DNA from: Guillardia theta CCMP2712 | Lineage: Eukaryota; Protista; Cryptophyta | Assembly: GCF_000315625.1 (NCBI RefSeq) | Contig: NW_005434640.1 | Coordinates: 380,270-444,269 of the forward strand | Length of the DNA: 64,000 nucleotides | Direction: 5' to 3' | In this document: in pieces, positions 58,650 through 64,000 of the stretch | Layout of the letters: each line of letters begins with the position of its first letter | Position numbering within the stretch: the stretch's first letter is position 1 | Notes under the pieces: generated by a model | Databases searched by the model: none | Told to the model about the DNA's origin: nothing | Seen by the model: the letters and a program-made list of their open reading frames with translations, nothing else | Program-made: the position numbers and the translations under genes

Positions 58650-60539
58650 GTCTGATTTTCTTCCTTCTCCAGTGGAAGCTCCGAGCTGCCGCCTGGGCGT
58701 ACGGCTGCGCCTTCTATGCAGTGACAGCAGCAAGACTCTCACACGAGACGCATCTTCAGGTGTCCCCTCGTCCCGCTTCCGCTCCCCGTCCTCGTCCCTC
58801 CGCTCTACTCGACCCGGTTCCCACCTTCCCTCCTCTCTCCCCTTCACCATCTCCTCTTTGCTATCCCCTACTCATGCTGGCGGCAGGCGTTCTACATCAA
58901 GGCGCTCAAGCTTGACCCCAAGGCAGTCGGAAGGTCCCGAGCAGCAACAGCTGGAGCATGACGTTCTGACGCGTTGGCAGCGTTTGGTCTTTCTACTTTA
59001 TCTGGGTCGGAGCTTGCGAGCCGGTGTTCGGGGCTGCTATCGACATCCTTCAGGTTCGAGGGAGGGATGAAAGGGGCGAGGAGGAGAATTGTAGAGGAGA
59101 GGAGGAGAGGAGGAGAATGGAGCGAAAGTGGCTGGAGCCTTCTGATTTTCTGCCATGAGAACAGAGCTTCAATGTACGACCATCCAACTTGCTCCTCCTC
59201 GTCACCCCCGCCTGGTGTGCTCCCACTTACAATGTCCCCTCCTCCCTCCTTTCTTCCCTTCTTCCTCTTCCCTTCTTCCTCTTCCTTCTCCCTCCTCCAA
59301 TATTTCTCTCTTTCCTCACAGGCTGGAGCAGGTCGCTCCTCTTCTACCGATTGTGGACCCCCGACGAGTCGACACGGCACCTCTACCTGACTCTTTTTGC
59401 CTTCGGAGCCGTGCAGGCCTTCATGCTCATGCTCGTCACCACCATCTTTCAGTCCTTCTTCCCTCCCGGTGAGAGGAGGAACGCTGCTTCCAGGCCCCGC
59501 CAGGTCCTCGCCATCCTCGGCCTCCTCACCGGCATGGTCCTCCCGCCCTTCCTCTCGCGCGACTGGATTCAGACGGACACTCTGGCTTCCTCTCTCTCTA
59601 TTGCCATCTTTGCCGCTGCGATGCTGGGCAGCCTCGCCCTGAGCGTCTTGGAGGGGTCAGTCTCAGCTGGAGAAGTGACGAGGAGGAGCGAGAAGACGAA
59701 CGTTCTCAAGGTGGCGAGCGAGATCGCAAGCATCTGCCTCCATCCTACCTTCCGTTTTGTCCTTCTCTTCAGCGTCCTCAGTCAGCTCGGCAACGCGCTC
59801 TTCGCCACCAGCATCAACATGTACATGCTCTACGTCGCCAGCATGGGCTCGCCCATCTCTCCTGCCCTGTGCGGCGTCTCCTTCCTGCAGCCCGTGAGCT
59901 TCTTCGACGGTTGTCTCTTGCCTTCCCTTTCCGTCCGTTGGCAGCGTACGCTGGTCCCCGTCTGCTTCTACGTCGCTTGTCTCGCAGCAGGAGGAAAGCT
60001 CATGCAGGCGGCTCGCGACATCGGAGCAGAGAAGACGCTTGCCCGAGAGTTTCGCATCTACGGCTCAGCCCTGGCGCTCACGCCCGTCACATCATCCGCT
60101 TGGCTCCACATGCACGGGGGGAACGGCTTCTTTGTCCTTCTCCTCTGCATGTTGGTGGTGGGTTCTGCTGGGGCTGGACTGAGCCTCCTCCCTGACCTTG
60201 TCATTGCCGCCGCGGTGGATGAGGTGAGGAGGTGAGGAGGCGGCGCTGCTGCAGTGACAAGTCGAGCAGGACGCCAAGGCTAAGGGCAGGAATCGATCCG
60301 GTGCCTTTTACGGGGCCAAGCAGGTGGGTATCAGAGCTGGTTCAGCCGCTGCCTCGCTGCTCTCCGGTCTTGTCCTTGCAGCCCTGCAGTTCCAGCCCAA
60401 CGAGACTCAGCAGCCTCCCCAGCTGGTGGCTGGACTGACGGCCATGTGCTGGTTCGTCCCTGCCGTCTTATACCACATGGCAGCCGGGGTGACCTCATAC
60501 TACTTGAGTCTAGTGGAGCACAAGGAGAAGAAAGCTTGA
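58592..60539 (+). CDS. MFS transporter, glycoside-pentoside-hexuronide (MFS_2/MelB/MFSD2-like) family
   Basis: Multiple TM helices; FPPGERRNAASRPRQV, LHPTFRFVLL, LLPDLVIAAAVDE...GRNRSGAFYG, LAALQFQPNETQQP...VPAVL are typical GPH motifs. Confidence 0.8.
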
Positions 60540-60705
60540 GGAGAAGACGATAGAGCAGGTGACGCGAGATGGCCTGAGATATTTACTGTGGCAAGTAACA
60601 AACGATTCAAGTGTATTTCTGACAGTATTAAGAGTTATGTACCATAGCAAGTTGCAAGCACGGCACTTTGTTTGTACATATTCTACACGTCGGCAGTGGC
60701 AGCCA

Positions 60706-62256
60706 TCACGAGCGAAAGGTTGAATCGCCTGCTAGGTACGCGACGTCTGAGGGCAAGATGGCGTTGCCGACAGAGGCTGCGCTGGGCGACAACCAGCTGA
60801 AATTGTCGAACTCAAACTTTGGGGTGCAGGGAGGAGTCGCGCGGTGGAACACACCGTTACTCCACGAGCTCTTCCCGCTAAAGATCGAGGTCTGCGGGCT
60901 CTTGGGAGTGAAGATACTTGCGCCCTCCAAGAATGCGGTGTTGTCGTTGCCTGCTGCGAAGAAATCCTTGAACCGAGCAGAGTTGGGCGAAGACAACGGG
61001 AATCCTTGCTTCGTTCCACCAGGCGTCGTTGCCAGCTTGGGGGAGTCCGAGAAGACTGGTCTCCCTCCGTCAAAGTCAACCCCGTTGGCACTCTGCAGGT
61101 TGCCGCTGACGCCCCAGGTCGGCGTCAGGTTGAGCTGGGGAGTTGAGCTCATGTAGTAGTTGAGCGAAGAGCTCTCTCTCTCGAGCACCAGGTCAGCGGC
61201 AGGGTTATCTAACGATGATAGCGGCTTGTTCTCCTTGTTAACCTCAACCTTGTCTTCAAGCTTCACTTCTTGTGCAACTGGTGCGCGGCTTCTGCTGTCA
61301 TGTAACGGTATTTCTGTGACGGCACACGCAACTCTCATTGACGTTGGGTTTCGCACTTCGACACTGATGGGAGGGCGTCTCGAAGCCAGAGACTGAGATT
61401 TCTCTGCCTTTTGTTCCGCAGAGGGAGCTGAAGTCCGACTGAAGCTCAGTTGAGGAGGTCTAGATGCTCTACTCGTGTCAAGACTTGCTTTGCTTGTCCT
61501 GTCGAAGTGAGTCTTGCCGGCCATGTTCGAAACCGAGAACCCTGCGGGGATAGCAGGAGCCATTCTTGCAACACTCGAGGCACTGCCTCCACTAGGGTAA
61601 AACGGTTTGGAGGGATCGTTGCCATTCAGACAGCCTTCGCATACACAGTTGGTAGAGCACTTGAGACCAGCGCCAAAGCATTCACAGTATTTCTTCTGGC
61701 ACTTGCTTCTCCTGCACCTGCACCCGCGCACAGTCTTCAACGTTCCATTGGGAGTGTGAACCTCCTGGTTCTCAAGCTCCAAGCTTGTGCCCTTGAAGGC
61801 CTACAGAAACATTTCAGCATGCGAGAAACCATACACAATAAAAATACCATTGGGTCATTCAATCGAACCAAGCGCACTGCCATCATTCGAGCTTGCTCAT
61901 GCTTTCCATCATTATGGCAGTCCACACAAACACAGTCATTGGTACAACGAACATCGTTCCGAAAGCATGCGCAGTATTGCTTTAGACACTTAGTCCTTCC
62001 GCATCGACATCCCTTCTCCTTCTCTGACTTCTTCTGAGCATTGTCAGTCGGGTTCATGTCACTTGCGTCGGCAAACTTTCCTCTGGAATCAACTACAGTA
62101 GGAGGATTGGCACTCCCACTCGCACGAACCCTCTTGTCTCTGTGATTCAGTTAGTAAGTGGCGGCACATGAGCGTCAGACACTACCTCTCCATGTCGTTG
62201 CGACCTGACGCGCTCTCGGGCCTGCGCTTGCCGGCCTGCAGGTTCTTGTCGGACAT
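60706..62256 (-). CDS. Tesmin/TSO1-like (LIN54) CRC-domain DNA-binding protein
   Basis: Two CXC motifs, GCRCGRTKCLKQYCACFRNDVRCTNDCVCVDCHN and GCRCRRSKCQKKYCECFGAGLKCSTNCVCEGCLN, linked by RLNDPM|AFKG (RNPxAF-like hinge). The start MSDKNL at 62256 splices in frame. Confidence 0.9.
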
Positions 62257-62609
62257 GGCATAGGAGCCTGAGAACGACATTGGAAGCTTGTCTGTCACTC
62301 CAGGGCTCGCAGCGAGGGATCCAAGATCGCTCACGTCGCTGCAACCTCAACGCAATCGCAATAAAAAGCAAACGAGGGTACCAACAGCGATTGAAGTCTC
62401 GATGAAGAGTGAGGAAGATGCAGGAAAGAAGAGGAGAGAAGCAGTTGAGCAGAAGAAGAGCAGAGAGCAGGTGTGCAGGGAGTCAGAGAGCAAGGGGGCA
62501 AGCCGGGGGGGCGGGGGCAGCAGGAGGGGAAGGGAAGCGGGGGAGGGAGCGCAAGGGGAACAGGAGGACTGAGGCGGTTGGGAGGGAAGGCGGGATGAGG
62601 TCACCGGAG

Positions 62610-63900
62610 CACAGGGGGTAGGGGTAGTCATGACATGGGGTGGGTAGTAGTAGATAGGGTGGCTCTAGTGTGGTGTATTAGGGTGTAATGGGGGGGTCCT
62701 AGTAAGGTAGGGTGATTTGTTCAAGGGCTGCGCACGGGTGGTAACAGATTTAGTGGTAGTGGAGTTAGGGAAAGTAGGGGTGATATGAGGTATTTATGGG
62801 GGTAGTAGGAGGCCTCAAATACAGGTGGTAGGGTACGATACCCCGAGGGTGGGGGACTAAAAAATTAAAATGGGGGGTACTTAGAAAGTGTAAAGAATTG
62901 CAGGAACCGGTCATTTCCCCTTGATTAGTACCCCTACTTGCTGTAGGTCTCGAGAATGTTGAAAGGGTCCTACCCCACGAGGTGTTATTGGTCATTGGTC
63001 GTATCTCGTGAGATTCAAGGGGTGGGGTAGTGACAGAGGGTGCATGGGTGGGTAGTGCAGGGAGTACGACGGGTCGGAAGGAGAACAGACCCCAGGGGTG
63101 GTGTACAATGATAATGAATTATTAGATCAATGGGGTTGAGGTAGGGGTGGGCTCAGGAGGGGTATTTATAAGAACAACCCCACCCCATGCTCCCCCTTTA
63201 TTCCCTTCCGGGAAGCTACGAGACCTCACTACCCCACCCTGGCGAAAGACAGGGTGTTTGGGCAGGAGAGTAAGCAGCAGGGGTAGGGTGAGCGGGGGGC
63301 GATACATGGATACAGGTCCTAGTAGCACAAGGGCTCTAGGGGGGTAGTGAGGCCAACGGTGGGGGGTCAGGGGGTCCTCGGGCAACGAAATCACAGGGGA
63401 TGGTAGGGTACCCCACCCAAGATGGGAGGGGAGGTATTTTTGGAGAATATGTTCTAAATATGGAGATATTATTCTAATTATAGCCTCACGAACTGCTATT
63501 TTGAGGTTTTGTTTAGAAAAATATTTTTAAAAAACCCCTTCGGCCCCTCGTTTCCAGCAACCCGTGGAGATAGCATTCTAGGACTACCCCTACCTACAGA
63601 TTTCCTCATAAGCACCCACCCAGATATCACCTCACAGATGTAGAATCTCAACAGGGAGCACCGCGAGCATTCCAAGAAACCTTTAAAATATTTAAAAAGA
63701 TATTTATTATTATATCTATATAAATTCACTATTTTGTACCCTATTGATTTCTTATTATCCAAAACAAATATATTTTGTACCCATTCTTTTGTAAAACTTC
63801 TGTAGCATTTTTTGATGAAAACAGTTTTAGGGTCCAAAAGTGAAAACGGCCAGAAATACGATTACCACCCCTACCCCCCATCTTCCGTTCCATGGTACGG
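62610..63900. repeat. Long GGGGT/ACCCC-rich dispersed-repeat-like intergenic block with an AT-rich core
   Basis: Dozens of ggggt(a)/taccc(c) motifs and no credible ORF; AT-rich at 63440-63840. Confidence 0.55.
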
Positions 63901-64000
63901 TACTTGTACTGAGGCAGGCTTGTAGCTTACGGCGCCACGCTTCAGGTTTCAGGCCCGTAACACTCTGAGGCAGGCTGGGCCCGAAGCTTCGGGATCACTG

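Noticed and set aside
62610-63900. Telomeric array or intact transposon
   Set aside because: The motifs are dispersed and irregular rather than tandem, and no transposase/RT ORF, clear TIRs or LTRs were found.
1-64000. rRNA, tRNA or snRNA genes; prokaryotic operon or defence system
   Set aside because: No recognisable structural RNA signatures were seen by eye (tRNAscan/Infernal not run). The genes are spliced and functionally unrelated, with no evidence of a cluster.

Overview
This is a gene-dense, GC-rich window of a eukaryotic nuclear genome. It has many short (~40-60 bp) spliceosomal introns with CTGAC-type branch points, purine/pyrimidine microsatellites inside introns, and six N-gaps. 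Bipartite signal+transit presequences (AxA-F, LRGG) point to an alga with a complex red-derived plastid, most likely a cryptophyte such as Guillardia theta (inference). About 25 genes were reconstructed by splicing by eye. They include a TBC1D20-like RabGAP, TEX9, CDT1, a bacterial-type P5CR-like reductase, a double-Tudor protein and a degenerate P2B Ca-ATPase. Also present are a peptide:N-glycanase interrupted by an antisense gene, mitochondrial bL28, a ChaN-like lumen protein, a multi-bromodomain/LysM/WW protein, a plastid SDR, a GT34-like glycosyltransferase, symplekin, a GPH/MFS_2 transporter and a tesmin/TSO1 CXC protein. Four findings stand out. (1) An intact, intronless ~1340-codon P-type ATPase has lost nearly all catalytic and Ca-binding motifs. 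(2) A nuclear protein carries ~7 bromodomain-like units, only one canonical, plus a LysM-like and a WW domain. (3) A PNGase has a possible periplastid presequence (SELMA-type candidate). (4) Strand-polarised GGGGT(A) clusters sit upstream of many genes. No rRNA, tRNA, CRISPR array or recognisable transposase was seen. Exon boundaries are manual and approximate, and all family assignments come from motif recognition, not database searches.
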